From: a virus
Virus record (IMG/VR): IMGVR_UViG_3300025096_000004
Location: 32,001-96,000 of that record
Strand: one strand, 5' to 3'
Length of the DNA: 64,000 nt
Shown: in pieces, positions 1-9,358 of the stretch
How positions within the stretch are numbered: position 1 is the stretch's first letter
How the letters are laid out: every line of letters begins with the position of its first letter
Notes under the pieces: model-generated
Told to the model about the DNA's origin: nothing
The model's input: only the letters and a program-made list of their open reading frames with translations
Database searches by the model: none
Program-made: the position numbers and the translations under genes

Positions 1-17
1 GTTTTTTAGAAAGAACC

Positions 18-569
18 ATGTCTGAGAAAGCAACAAATTTAATTGAAGAATGGTGGAACCAGCACCATCACCGGTTCTTCTTTAATATGTATTCTCACTT
101 GGGACCGCTAGCTATCGGGGTGAAACCAACATTGGCGTTCAGCATGAAGATCGATATGCACGAAAAGTTCTGGCGGGAAGAGTTCCCCGAACGGGCCAGT
201 GATACCGGGTTTATAAGAGGCACAGAACTAGAGATGGCACACAAGGCTTTTACCAATAACGGCGGCATGATGAATGGAATCTATTATCCAATTAAAAATG
301 AGGATAATATGAATAGATACATTCAAAAGATGAGGTCCTCTATATTTCCAAGACAGGAAAGAAGAAAATTTTTAAGCCACTTTGATGAGGAGATGGAAAA
401 AGAGTGGGCGGATGCTTTAAAAGAAGTTGAAAGACAGGCTGCTGTACTTAGAGGCGATACTGACTTGGCCGAGGTTTGGAAGAAAAATGCAAATATTAAA
501 CCCAAGAAAAAGATCAATGTCCATGAAGCAGCAGCCAAAAACAATTGGTATAGGAAGAGACAGAAATGA
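18..569 (+). CDS. Hypothetical protein (183 aa)
   Basis: ORF whose stop overlaps the next start (ATGA); no recognisable motif. Confidence 0.7.
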   Translation: MSEKATNLIEEWWNQHHHRFFFNMYSHLGPLAIGVKPTLAFSMKIDMHEKFWREEFPERASDTGFIRGTELEMAHKAFTNNGGMMNGIYYPIKNEDNMNRYIQKMRSSIFPRQERRKFLSHFDEEMEKEWADALKEVERQAAVLRGDTDLAEVWKKNANIKPKKKINVHEAAAKNNWYRKRQK

Positions 570-1255
570 AACTTATAATGGAGACATGGCGAAGGTATTT
601 AACAGAATCCCAAGTGACAAAGCTTAGGATTTTTGACTTTGATGAGACCATTGCCTTTACAAAGTCTTCCGTTCGAGTAATAACCCCAAGGGGAAAGAAA
701 ATTGAATTTCCTTCTCAATTAGAATATGATAAGTGGATCAGCAAGATGGGACAAGAACTTGACATTCAAGACTTCGATCCAGTAGGTGCGATGGTCAGGA
801 TGGGCTTTAAATTCGATTATAGTGATTTTGATAAAGTTATCGATCCGGAAGAAAATAATAGGGTTGTCAAGATTTTAGGACGTGTTGTTGGAGCGAACCG
901 ACTTGATCCGCAGAGAGAAGTTTATATTATGACTGCTCGAGGTCCAGAAGCTAAGAAACCAATAATGGATTATCTTATGACTTTAAAGAGAGAAGATGGG
1001 TCTCCAAGGTTTGAAAAAAGTGACTTCACCGGCATACTCACTTTGACAGGGCAATCCAAACAACGAGCGATTGAAAAGCTTATTCTCAAACACTCAACAG
1101 ACGGGCAAACCTCAATTAGACAAATTTCATTTTTTGATGATTCTCAAAAGAACCTCGATGATGTCATGCAATTGAGAAACAAATATCCAGATATTGACAT
1201 TGCAATAGAAAAGGTCGAGCATGGAGATATTACAAGTTTGGAGGAAGAGATATGA
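566..1255 (+). CDS. HAD-superfamily phosphatase with N-terminal MKLIMETWRRYLTE tag
   Basis: Motif I IFDFDETIA, motif II IMTAR, motif IV FFDDSQKNL. Confidence 0.8.
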   Translation: MKLIMETWRRYLTESQVTKLRIFDFDETIAFTKSSVRVITPRGKKIEFPSQLEYDKWISKMGQELDIQDFDPVGAMVRMGFKFDYSDFDKVIDPEENNRVVKILGRVVGANRLDPQREVYIMTARGPEAKKPIMDYLMTLKREDGSPRFEKSDFTGILTLTGQSKQRAIEKLILKHSTDGQTSIRQISFFDDSQKNLDDVMQLRNKYPDIDIAIEKVEHGDITSLEEEI

Positions 1256-1542
1256 AACTCATAATGGAAAATTGGAGAAAATACATTAAAGAAGGTGAAC
1301 TTATCCAAGGTCCATGGGTTTCGGCCAAAGATCAAGCAGTTGAAGAATTTATAAAATTATTCCCTCCGGCGATGGCACCAGATGAAGTGGAGGCAGAGGA
1401 GTTCATATTTGCGCTTCAAAGTAAAGAGGTCGAGTCTGCTCTAAAGGCCATTGGTTATCGACCGGAGACCTTTGGTATGGACCATCTTGGAAATATCTAC
1501 ATTTGGGTTGACAGGTGGTTTAACAAAAAGAGTATGCTATAA
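1252..1542 (+). CDS. Hypothetical protein with MKLIMENWRKYIKE tag (putative internal head protein)
   Basis: Translationally coupled (ATGA overlap); N-terminus near-identical to the previous gene. Confidence 0.8.
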   Translation: MKLIMENWRKYIKEGELIQGPWVSAKDQAVEEFIKLFPPAMAPDEVEAEEFIFALQSKEVESALKAIGYRPETFGMDHLGNIYIWVDRWFNKKSML

Positions 1543-1785
1543 AGAATCAAGTTTGTAAACCTTTATGCGATCTACAGGTATAAGATATAGCGTAACACCC
1601 TTGGCAAACCATAAATCCACAACATCAATTCCGTCTTTTGAGTCATCTTGGTAAATATCCGATATAACTATCCCAAAGGTGCCAAATATATCAGTAACTC
1701 TTTCCAATATTTCAAGATATTTTTTCGTTTCAAGCTCATTTGGTTGCGAAAATACAACCATTGATCCTTTTTTTATTTGTTCCAA
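1537..1785 (-). CDS. Small SH3/KOW-like hypothetical protein; the only convincing minus-strand gene
   Basis: TTG start with a G-rich SD on the minus strand; fills the gap between two + genes; IKKGSMV...FGIVI pattern. Confidence 0.6.
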   Translation of the reverse strand: MEQIKKGSMVVFSQPNELETKKYLEILERVTDIFGTFGIVISDIYQDDSKDGIDVVDLWFAKGVTLYLIPVDRIKVYKLDSL

Positions 1786-1805
1786 TCATTTATCCCCCCA
1801 ATGTA

Positions 1806-1813
1806 ACTAATTA
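1806..1813 (+). promoter_or_regulatory. ACTAATTA putative late-promoter/regulatory motif
   Basis: Intergenic, upstream of 1837; recurs upstream of about ten genes. Confidence 0.55.
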
Positions 1814-1836
1814 CAACAAGTTTGGAGTTTTTTTAA

Positions 1837-4110
1837 ATGATAAAAATAAAGATTAGGAAGAATCCTGTGTTGCAAGAAGCGATGAAACTTGAAGGCATGG
1901 GTTTGCCAGCAATTTTAATCACTTCGATCAAAGAAGATCTCACTAAAAGAGAAGATCAAGTCCGCCTCGCATTAATGCTCAAAGATGAACCAATAAGTTT
2001 GCGGGCAGCAATGAAGGCCTCCAAGCTATTTGATTGGAATGGGCACAACCCATGGGTGGGTAATTTTTATAAACAAATGGAAAAGAAATATCTCAATCAT
2101 GATATAGGCATGAAAGAGTTTAAAGGCTTTTACGATAAATATTCCAATTATTTTGTCAATCACAAAGCTGTTGCAATGAGTGGCGAATATTATTGGAAAA
2201 GCAAATTGCAAAACCCCGATCGGCCAAGCCCTTTTTGGGTCAGAAATGGTGTTGACTCGACAAGACCTTTAAAACTTAAAGATTTGAAAGGAATGAGAAA
2301 ATCTGTTGCCAAGTTTATTAAAAAAAATGATGAATTGTCAACTGAACATTATACCAAAAAATTCAATGATGAAATGGATGGAACTATTCTTGAATTCTAT
2401 AATGATAAAATTAGAGGAAGTGGGTCTGGATCAAAACTAATCGCCTTTTTGAAAGAACATCCAGACAACCAACAATCGCTTGCAGGTATGGGTTTAAAGG
2501 AAGCGGTGGAGTTTGCTGAAGGTTATTTTAATGAAAAAGAAGATCCTGACAACATTATTAAAGATTACGGTAATGGATTTTTCTGGTACAACATAGGAGA
2601 AGATAGTTGTAGTGTCGAAGCGGCTCGCATGGGTCATTGCGGCTCAGCGGATAGAGGGATTTTATTTTCCCTTCGGTCTAAGGGTCGGAAGCAAAAAATT
2701 TCCGATTCCCATATTACTATCTCGTTTGATGGAGGAGAGGTATTTCAAATCAAAGGAAAACAAAATTGTACACCTGATGAGAAGTATGGCAAGTATATTA
2801 TTGATTTTTTAAAATTTATGGAAGTAGAGGTTATTCATGAGTCAGGACAACATTCAAGTTGTGATTTTGGGCCATTTCTTGAATGGCTCCAAGAGAAGTA
2901 TCCCGAAGCAGAATATCCGGGAAATATGGAAGAAGAACTCATGCAAACCATCAATGCAATAAACAATGGTAATTACAACACAGAATATGTTGAGTTTTAT
3001 TCAGATTGGGTAGATGACCCTCATATAGGGAGGCCTCAAATTTATATTGATGCAGAAGCTTTCTTTCGTGTGGAACTGCCTTTTTTAAATGATTTGGATT
3101 GGGAATTTGTGGCAGATATTTATAACGATGAAGAGGAAAAGTTAAAAGAACTCATTGTTGAGGCGTGTGACTTTGAAGATTATGATGTATATTCTGATGC
3201 TATTGATATTCACCTCCGAGAGGGCGAGTTTTCCGATGAGGGGCTCATGTTGGATGTTAGACTTCGTCTTTCTCCAGATAATAACAATTACGCTGAAAGT
3301 CAGGAAGAGGCGGAAGGAAATATAAGAAACATCTATTATGGTTATGAAGGGGACAACATTGAAGACCATCAAAAGAAAATACAAACGGTTTTCATGCGAG
3401 AGTATGACGATGTTATTAACCCCGCCGGGCGGGAAGAATTCCAAGGTGTTTTGGAAAGAATCGAAGAATTAAAGCAACAATATAAATTTTTTGATGTATA
3501 CGTTGACGATGAGTCCGAAGAGATCTCAATGGAAGCAAAGATCCCGCTGCCAATTAGATTTAAATTTATTCAGAATGCGGGACGATACAGCAGAGATCAA
3601 ATTGGAAGAGCTATCAATACTTATTGGCAAGAGTTGGAAACCATATTCCCGACCAAAACAATTGCAAAAGATATAGAAAAAGCAATGGATGATAGACATG
3701 ACAAGATAAAGGCTGCTGCCGAAAAACAGGTTCAAATACCCTTTCCGGGATTTGAAGTTGAAAAACCTCACCAAGGGAAACTTAAAAAGCCATTTTCTTT
3801 TGAAATGGGAATTAAGAGACCAAGCACGGCTGCGCTGAGTGGTGCAATCAAAGGGGCAGAGTGGCTTGTTCCAAAGTTGGCAATGGGCATGATGATAAGT
3901 TGGCTAGATAATAAAGACACGATTTTATATGTTATGGAATATATCGACTTCCTTGAGGATGAGATAGAAAATATAATAAATGGTCTTCCTTTGGACAGAA
4001 TGCAGAGAGAAGTTAACGCGGCTCATAAAGAAGCAGTGAGTTCTCTTCCCAACTACACACAACTCTCCGAGAACAGAAAAAGAAGAAGAAAAATTAAAAT
4101 AATTAAATAA
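1837..4110 (+). CDS. 757-aa protein containing a PcfJ-like domain
   Basis: EAARMGHCG...LFSLR...HITIS...FQIKGKQNCTP at ~2560-2815 matches the PcfJ-like pattern; basic KIKI-type segments at both termini. Confidence 0.6.
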   Translation: MIKIKIRKNPVLQEAMKLEGMGLPAILITSIKEDLTKREDQVRLALMLKDEPISLRAAMKASKLFDWNGHNPWVGNFYKQMEKKYLNHDIGMKEFKGFYDKYSNYFVNHKAVAMSGEYYWKSKLQNPDRPSPFWVRNGVDSTRPLKLKDLKGMRKSVAKFIKKNDELSTEHYTKKFNDEMDGTILEFYNDKIRGSGSGSKLIAFLKEHPDNQQSLAGMGLKEAVEFAEGYFNEKEDPDNIIKDYGNGFFWYNIGEDSCSVEAARMGHCGSADRGILFSLRSKGRKQKISDSHITISFDGGEVFQIKGKQNCTPDEKYGKYIIDFLKFMEVEVIHESGQHSSCDFGPFLEWLQEKYPEAEYPGNMEEELMQTINAINNGNYNTEYVEFYSDWVDDPHIGRPQIYIDAEAFFRVELPFLNDLDWEFVADIYNDEEEKLKELIVEACDFEDYDVYSDAIDIHLREGEFSDEGLMLDVRLRLSPDNNNYAESQEEAEGNIRNIYYGYEGDNIEDHQKKIQTVFMREYDDVINPAGREEFQGVLERIEELKQQYKFFDVYVDDESEEISMEAKIPLPIRFKFIQNAGRYSRDQIGRAINTYWQELETIFPTKTIAKDIEKAMDDRHDKIKAAAEKQVQIPFPGFEVEKPHQGKLKKPFSFEMGIKRPSTAALSGAIKGAEWLVPKLAMGMMISWLDNKDTILYVMEYIDFLEDEIENIINGLPLDRMQREVNAAHKEAVSSLPNYTQLSENRKRRRKIKIIK

Positions 4111-4151
4111 CAATTATTTTACCCATAGTTACTAATAGGGGGGGCTATGAG

Positions 4152-5150
4152 GTGTTTTATTTAATTTTCTTTTTATTGTCTTGTGTTAATGACCATATGA
4201 TTGCCTATAAGGTCGTTGAAACGGAGACTGAGACCGTTCATGCGCAGGACATTTACGTCTATATTGAGGGTGACACGATTGAAGACACGGCGTTTGATGG
4301 TGCGCCAATATGGGTTGACTCATTTACACAACCATCGTCGGTCAACGGTGTTGACATTCTATGGGTTATTGATCCTTCGGGTTCTATGAATTCCCACCAA
4401 AGCAGACTGTTGGCTGGGATTGATGTGATGATGCAAGCCTTGCCGCCAAATGGATGGAGGTTGGCAATCATTCCGGCAGACTATAGGTTTGCAGAACAAG
4501 AGCAACAGTTCCCGTTGGTTCCGGGCGACACATATCAAATGGCAGAGAATATGTACATCCAATCCAAGAAGGGAGCCTTCGAAGCTGGGTTTGATGCTGT
4601 CTACGGTTATACAATGAACAATTCTTATTCATCAACATGGATGAGACATGATGCTGCGTTATTAATAGTTTTTGTCTCCGACGAACCGGAACAAAGCAAT
4701 GTGTATCTGCCGGCGACCACTGATTTCATAATGTGGGCATCAGCTTATAGAGAGAATGTCTTTGTGGCCTCGATTGTTAATATCGATCCACCGGAGACAC
4801 TCTGTAACCACTCCGGAATAAACACTGGTACGAAATATATCGATGCTGCTAATCATTTTAATGGTCAAGTTGTTGATATCTGTTCTGTAGATTGGACTGC
4901 TGGTGTTAATGATGCATCAAACCAAGTAGAGCCCTATGAAGAGTGGCCGTTGACACACGAGCCAGCAGACCCTGCACATATATATGTATTTCATGATGGA
5001 GTTCCAGTACCGGACAGTGACGGGGTTGATGTTTATTGGCATTATGATCAGTCATCAAACTCCATAATTTTTGATAAAGTACCAAGTTCTCAGGTTTTGG
5101 TTGAAATTGCTTATTATTATGAAGAAGAGGATCAAGATACAGGAAGTTAA
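4152..5150 (+). CDS. vWA-domain lipoprotein
   Basis: GTG start, hydrophobic leader ending LLSC (lipobox-like), MIDAS DILWVIDPSGSM, IVFVSDEPEQS. Confidence 0.75.
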   Translation: MFYLIFFLLSCVNDHMIAYKVVETETETVHAQDIYVYIEGDTIEDTAFDGAPIWVDSFTQPSSVNGVDILWVIDPSGSMNSHQSRLLAGIDVMMQALPPNGWRLAIIPADYRFAEQEQQFPLVPGDTYQMAENMYIQSKKGAFEAGFDAVYGYTMNNSYSSTWMRHDAALLIVFVSDEPEQSNVYLPATTDFIMWASAYRENVFVASIVNIDPPETLCNHSGINTGTKYIDAANHFNGQVVDICSVDWTAGVNDASNQVEPYEEWPLTHEPADPAHIYVFHDGVPVPDSDGVDVYWHYDQSSNSIIFDKVPSSQVLVEIAYYYEEEDQDTGS

Positions 5151-5157
5151 CTATTTA
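5150..5157 (+). promoter_or_regulatory. ACTATTTA putative late-promoter motif
   Basis: Upstream of the SD (GAGG) and ATG 5173. Confidence 0.55.
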
Positions 5158-5172
5158 TAGTTGAGGATCTGT

Positions 5173-6642
5173 ATGAAGGTTAAAATCAAAAGAAAGATGG
5201 ACGAGCTTTTTGCTCTTCCGGGTAAGCCCGGCAAACGAGTTGAAGAAGATGAAGAGTTCCCAGAATTAGTCCACAAGAAGGCCAACGAATGGGCTAGCGA
5301 GCCCGGAATGACACGCAAACAAGCTTATGGCAAGGCCATAGGTATGTATAAAAGCGGTGATCTTAAAGAAGTCTTTCCTCATGGTGGGTTGCCATATGGC
5401 GCAGCGAGAAAACAAAATGGTGAAAAAGAACATGCAGGTCATGTCGAGAGATCGTGTCATCAAGGGCTTCGAAATGTAATGAATGAAGAAGACAATCCCC
5501 ACATTCAGGCAATCCAAGATATAGGTTTTAGCAATATAGAATATATTAGTAAAGGGCTATATGGGTCGGTTTACCGAGGAACTTGGGATAATCACGATGG
5601 CGTTGAACATGCAATCAAAGTCCTCCCTGCAAACGGAGATGGGAGACACGAAGCCAAAGTTTATAGAACTATTTCCGATATGAGGTCAAAAGTAAAGTCA
5701 ATTGCCAAACATTTTCCGAGAGTAGACATGGTTCGGATGGATCAAAAGAGAAATTTAATCTTAATCGTCATGGAGCTTCTTGAAAATGATCCAAATGCTA
5801 AAGGAGTTATTCAAGATATATTTGGAGGAACAGAAGTTGCAGTCTGGAGGCCAGATCTGGCTCTTCAAGATCTAGATATACACAAGAATATCGGACACAG
5901 AGCGGACATGATGATAACAGATCCGAAGACCAAAGAGTTCGTTGTAAACAAATTGATACAAACTGTGCCGGCTGGTAAAGGATATGTCAAAGATGCCTTA
6001 ATGAGGGCTAATTTTCGAGGAATGAAATTTCCAAAATTAAAATGGCAAAATGCGATAGGAAAAATGAAACAGAACGCTCAAGTTTTTGATTTAGTTGATG
6101 TTATTTGGGATGATATGAAGACCCGAGATTTGGGACCATCGAAGGAAAGTTCCGGGAAAACATCAATTGCATTTTTAGCTTATTTTCTCAATGCTGCTGT
6201 TGAAGCATGGGAAAAAGATTTTGATGTTGAAAAAATGGGTTATGATGCACTATTTGATGAACTTTATCTTTCTTTAGAAGATTTTATACATATGTATCGT
6301 TCTTGGACACCAATTGGTATATCGCCAGACGGCTCCACCGACATGATGAAGGGTGCGCCTCCAGAGATAAAAGGAGCGGGATACCCCGGAACAGAAAGTC
6401 TTTTAAAGGCCATTAAGGCTGTTCGGGCAACAACGGGTCTTGGAGCATACGATATGCATGACGACAATGTCTTGGTCCGGCCGGGGACAAAAGATTTGGT
6501 TATAGTTGATGTCGGACTGTTCAGAGAGAAGTCCGCAAGAATAAAAAGCCCAGATAAACAGGTGACAGCACTTGGCGAGGTCAACAAAAAAGACTTTTTG
6601 AGAGTTATTATACAAGAAATACAAAAATTTAACTTGACATAA
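5173..6642 (+). CDS. Protein-kinase-fold protein (Ser/Thr kinase-like) with a long insertion
   Basis: G-loop SKGLYGSVY, HAIKV lysine, catalytic DMHDDNVL, DVG. Start moved to ATG 5173 (GAGG upstream). Confidence 0.8.
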   Translation: MKVKIKRKMDELFALPGKPGKRVEEDEEFPELVHKKANEWASEPGMTRKQAYGKAIGMYKSGDLKEVFPHGGLPYGAARKQNGEKEHAGHVERSCHQGLRNVMNEEDNPHIQAIQDIGFSNIEYISKGLYGSVYRGTWDNHDGVEHAIKVLPANGDGRHEAKVYRTISDMRSKVKSIAKHFPRVDMVRMDQKRNLILIVMELLENDPNAKGVIQDIFGGTEVAVWRPDLALQDLDIHKNIGHRADMMITDPKTKEFVVNKLIQTVPAGKGYVKDALMRANFRGMKFPKLKWQNAIGKMKQNAQVFDLVDVIWDDMKTRDLGPSKESSGKTSIAFLAYFLNAAVEAWEKDFDVEKMGYDALFDELYLSLEDFIHMYRSWTPIGISPDGSTDMMKGAPPEIKGAGYPGTESLLKAIKAVRATTGLGAYDMHDDNVLVRPGTKDLVIVDVGLFREKSARIKSPDKQVTALGEVNKKDFLRVIIQEIQKFNLT

Positions 6643-6662
6643 CAATCGCAATATGTTATATT
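6634..6662 (+). promoter_or_regulatory. sigma70-type promoter
   Basis: TTGACA-17 nt-TATATT with extended -10 TG. Confidence 0.85.
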
Positions 6663-6681
6663 ATTATAGGATTATCTTAAA

Positions 6682-7386
6682 ATGAAGCAGTTAATGGAAA
6701 ATTGGAGACAATATCTCGAAGAAGATCAACTTGAAGAAAAACTATCCCTCAAAAAAGGTAAAATGGGTTGGTGGAAGTACTCAGAACTTGTTGCGGAGGC
6801 CTATATGACTGCTCCAGCATATGATTCTGCTGTTGAACCCCTTTATGAGAAGCTTGGATTGTGGCTTGAAGGTACTTTTGGTCGAATTTCAAGTCAACTT
6901 GAGATCAAATTTGTCCCAGAACACCCCTACACCTCCGCCAAAGAGATGAGACAACGCGTAAATAAAGAAAAAATCATGTATGTTTCGACTTCAGACGCAG
7001 AACATCCGGTGTGGACAGGCGAAAAAGGCCTAATTTGGAACACCATGTTTCGTGCTTGGCACGATTGGGAAGGCCACATAGCCAAAGGAAGAGGTTTCAG
7101 GCTCCAAGGGGAAATAGCAGCTTACAATGCACACGCAAAAACAGTACCAAGAGCGTGTATTCCCATACTCTTTACCGAAGTGGTGGGCCAAATCTGTTGT
7201 TTTTATCAATCAGGTAAGCAAAATTGCGAACAAAAAGCTATAATTATGCCAGAATTCGATTATATTAACGTTGGAAATCTAACTTCGGAGGGCGAATCAA
7301 GGTTTGGAATGAGATTAAACTCACAAACGAAGCTTCTGGAGCCAATCAATGATTCGATTGGCGCGGAAATCGATAAAAATGAGTAA
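6682..7386 (+). CDS. Hypothetical protein with MKQLMENWRQYLEE tag and FRAWHDWEGH motif
   Basis: Downstream of a promoter and AGGA SD; tag shared with 566 and 1252. Confidence 0.75.
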   Translation: MKQLMENWRQYLEEDQLEEKLSLKKGKMGWWKYSELVAEAYMTAPAYDSAVEPLYEKLGLWLEGTFGRISSQLEIKFVPEHPYTSAKEMRQRVNKEKIMYVSTSDAEHPVWTGEKGLIWNTMFRAWHDWEGHIAKGRGFRLQGEIAAYNAHAKTVPRACIPILFTEVVGQICCFYQSGKQNCEQKAIIMPEFDYINVGNLTSEGESRFGMRLNSQTKLLEPINDSIGAEIDKNE

Positions 7387-8581
7387 TACCGTAACATTTG
7401 ACTTTGATAATACCATTGTAATGTCCTACATGGACATTGAAAGTGATGATTTAAAGTATAAATTCCAAGGTTACAACAAAGAAATGATAAAAATTCTTAT
7501 GTCTCACATCCAAAAAGGAGATGATGTACACATTGTCACGTCAAGACATGAAGAAAAAGAAGGAATGTTCCCCGAAGATACAGTTCAAAAACATCTTGAA
7601 GGCCTAAATTTGGCAAGATTCTTCTGGCCTGATAAGGTTCATTATACAAATGGCAAATATAAGACCGAAATATTAAATAAATTGGGTTCAACTTTGCACT
7701 ATGACGACGATATGGAGGAACATATCAACAATCATGGTGGCATTTCAGTCAAAAACCCACTTGATTTCTATCCAGACTCCCATATTGTGGGTAAAGCGGT
7801 CATTTTTGACATGAATGATCGGCTTTTATTGCTCAAAAGGGGCGATACAGGCAAAAAATGGGACCTTCCCGGAGGACACATCAAAGAAATTGAGGCTCAA
7901 AGGGGTGAGCAAGGCTTTTTAGATGGCCTTGAGAGGGAAGTCGCCGAAGAAACAGGCATTATTTTGCCATTTGCGGACAAAATTGGTGACCAAGCATTCG
8001 AATTTAAGGGCAATAAGTCACATGTACACGTATACATGGTCAAAATGAAGCAATCTCAACCCAATATTAACCTTGATATGCAGGATTTTCGCGAAAATGA
8101 GGAGTTTCGGTGGGTTTCGATGGACGAAATCGATCATTATCTGTCAAATTCGACCCAAGTGCTCCAAAAAGCCATTGAATTCGCCAAAAACAGGGGTTTA
8201 TTAACCGAAAAAGAGGCTTGGTACCTCCGAAGACGTCGGAAAGACGTTAAAAATCGCAAAAAACTCATTGGAATGGGCGGAAACAAACACACAGGCGGCG
8301 GAAAAGGACACAAAAGGCCCAAAATGGGGTCTCCAAAGAGCGCTCCTGCTGCTGTTGGGGTCCTAGAAGAGGAAAATGAGACAAAAATGAAGAAAATTAA
8401 GGTAAGAATCAAGCCAAAACAATCGAATATAGAGGAAAAAAGACGGAAAAGACGGAAAAAACACAAAAAAACATCTAAAAGACGTCGAAATAAGGGGTCA
8501 AATTGGCCCTATATTGGCAGTTATATCCATGATTTTGGTGATTCTGGTGGCGATGCGGGTGATGGCGGCGGTGGAGAATAG
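7379..8581 (+). CDS. HAD phosphatase-NUDIX hydrolase fusion with a highly basic C-terminal tail
   Basis: TFDFDNTIV, IVTSR, LHYDDD (HAD); LPGGHIK...LEREVAEETGI (Nudix box); Arg/Lys-rich tail. Start moved to ATG 7379. Confidence 0.8.
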   Translation: MSNTVTFDFDNTIVMSYMDIESDDLKYKFQGYNKEMIKILMSHIQKGDDVHIVTSRHEEKEGMFPEDTVQKHLEGLNLARFFWPDKVHYTNGKYKTEILNKLGSTLHYDDDMEEHINNHGGISVKNPLDFYPDSHIVGKAVIFDMNDRLLLLKRGDTGKKWDLPGGHIKEIEAQRGEQGFLDGLEREVAEETGIILPFADKIGDQAFEFKGNKSHVHVYMVKMKQSQPNINLDMQDFRENEEFRWVSMDEIDHYLSNSTQVLQKAIEFAKNRGLLTEKEAWYLRRRRKDVKNRKKLIGMGGNKHTGGGKGHKRPKMGSPKSAPAAVGVLEEENETKMKKIKVRIKPKQSNIEEKRRKRRKKHKKTSKRRRNKGSNWPYIGSYIHDFGDSGGDAGDGGGGE

Positions 8582-8623
8582 TGTTTTATTAGCGCTAGTT
8601 ATAACACATGGAGTATCTAGCGT

Positions 8624-8902
8624 ATGGATTTCGTTAAATTAGCACAAAAAATAGCAAATTTATTAAAAAAAGGCGAAAAAAATAACCTTGATGCCGTGAT
8701 GATCGAAGGAGAGGGGGCAGGATATTACTATAACCTTTCAACAATGCAGTTTTGCCTAATACAAAGAAAATCTGAAATGTATTTTTTGCCGCTGGAGCCC
8801 GATGAGATGGGAAATTTTTATATTTTCTTGCCCTATACTTTTTCTCAAGGGGCTATAATATTAGTACCGATCGAAGAGGTTGATTTTATAGGGTCGAATT
8901 GA
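8624..8902 (+). CDS. Hypothetical protein (92 aa)
   Basis: GGAG upstream; preceded by GCTAGTTA motif variant (8594-8601). Confidence 0.7.
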   Translation: MDFVKLAQKIANLLKKGEKNNLDAVMIEGEGAGYYYNLSTMQFCLIQRKSEMYFLPLEPDEMGNFYIFLPYTFSQGAIILVPIEEVDFIGSN

Positions 8903-8908
8903 GGACAT

Positions 8909-9046
8909 ATGAACGAAAATTTATTGATAAATTTAGCCAGTCAAGTTATTTTTTTACTAATGTGGCTCTTATTATACATTATTTTAGATTTTGAGACCAC
9001 CGTTGTTTTGATATTACTATTTATTTTAACCAGAATGAGGAAATAA
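8909..9046 (+). CDS. Small 45-aa membrane protein (not in ORF track)
   Basis: GAGG SD, then MNENLLINLASQVIFLLMWLLLYIILDFETTVVLILLFILTRMRK*; two hydrophobic stretches; fills the intergenic gap. Confidence 0.6.
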   Translation: MNENLLINLASQVIFLLMWLLLYIILDFETTVVLILLFILTRMRK

Positions 9047-9048
9047 AA

Positions 9049-9357
9049 ATGAAAATTGATAAAAAAAGACTTGTTCAGATAATTGAAGAAGAAATGGATA
9101 TGATGAACAAACACCATCATCGAGGCGAACATATGACAGATCCCGATAAAGAGGGTAAAATGGCTATGTCACAGCTTAAAAATATAGCTGAGTATGCCAT
9201 GGAACTACATCAAATGCTTGAGCCATATGGTGATAACCTTCAGCTTGAGTCTTGGGTACAGTCAAAAATCACTTTAGCAAATGATTATATGTCAAAAGTT
9301 AAACACTTTCTTGAAAACGAATTAAATGTTGGACCTTCTATCGGAGGAGAAAAATAA
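9049..9357 (+). CDS. Hypothetical protein, putative internal head protein
   Basis: GAGG SD; ACTATTTA at 9016-9023; N-terminus KKRLVQIIEEE; EGKMAMSQL...SWVQSKITLANDY motif. Confidence 0.75.
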   Translation: MKIDKKRLVQIIEEEMDMMNKHHHRGEHMTDPDKEGKMAMSQLKNIAEYAMELHQMLEPYGDNLQLESWVQSKITLANDYMSKVKHFLENELNVGPSIGGEK

Positions 9358-9358
9358 A

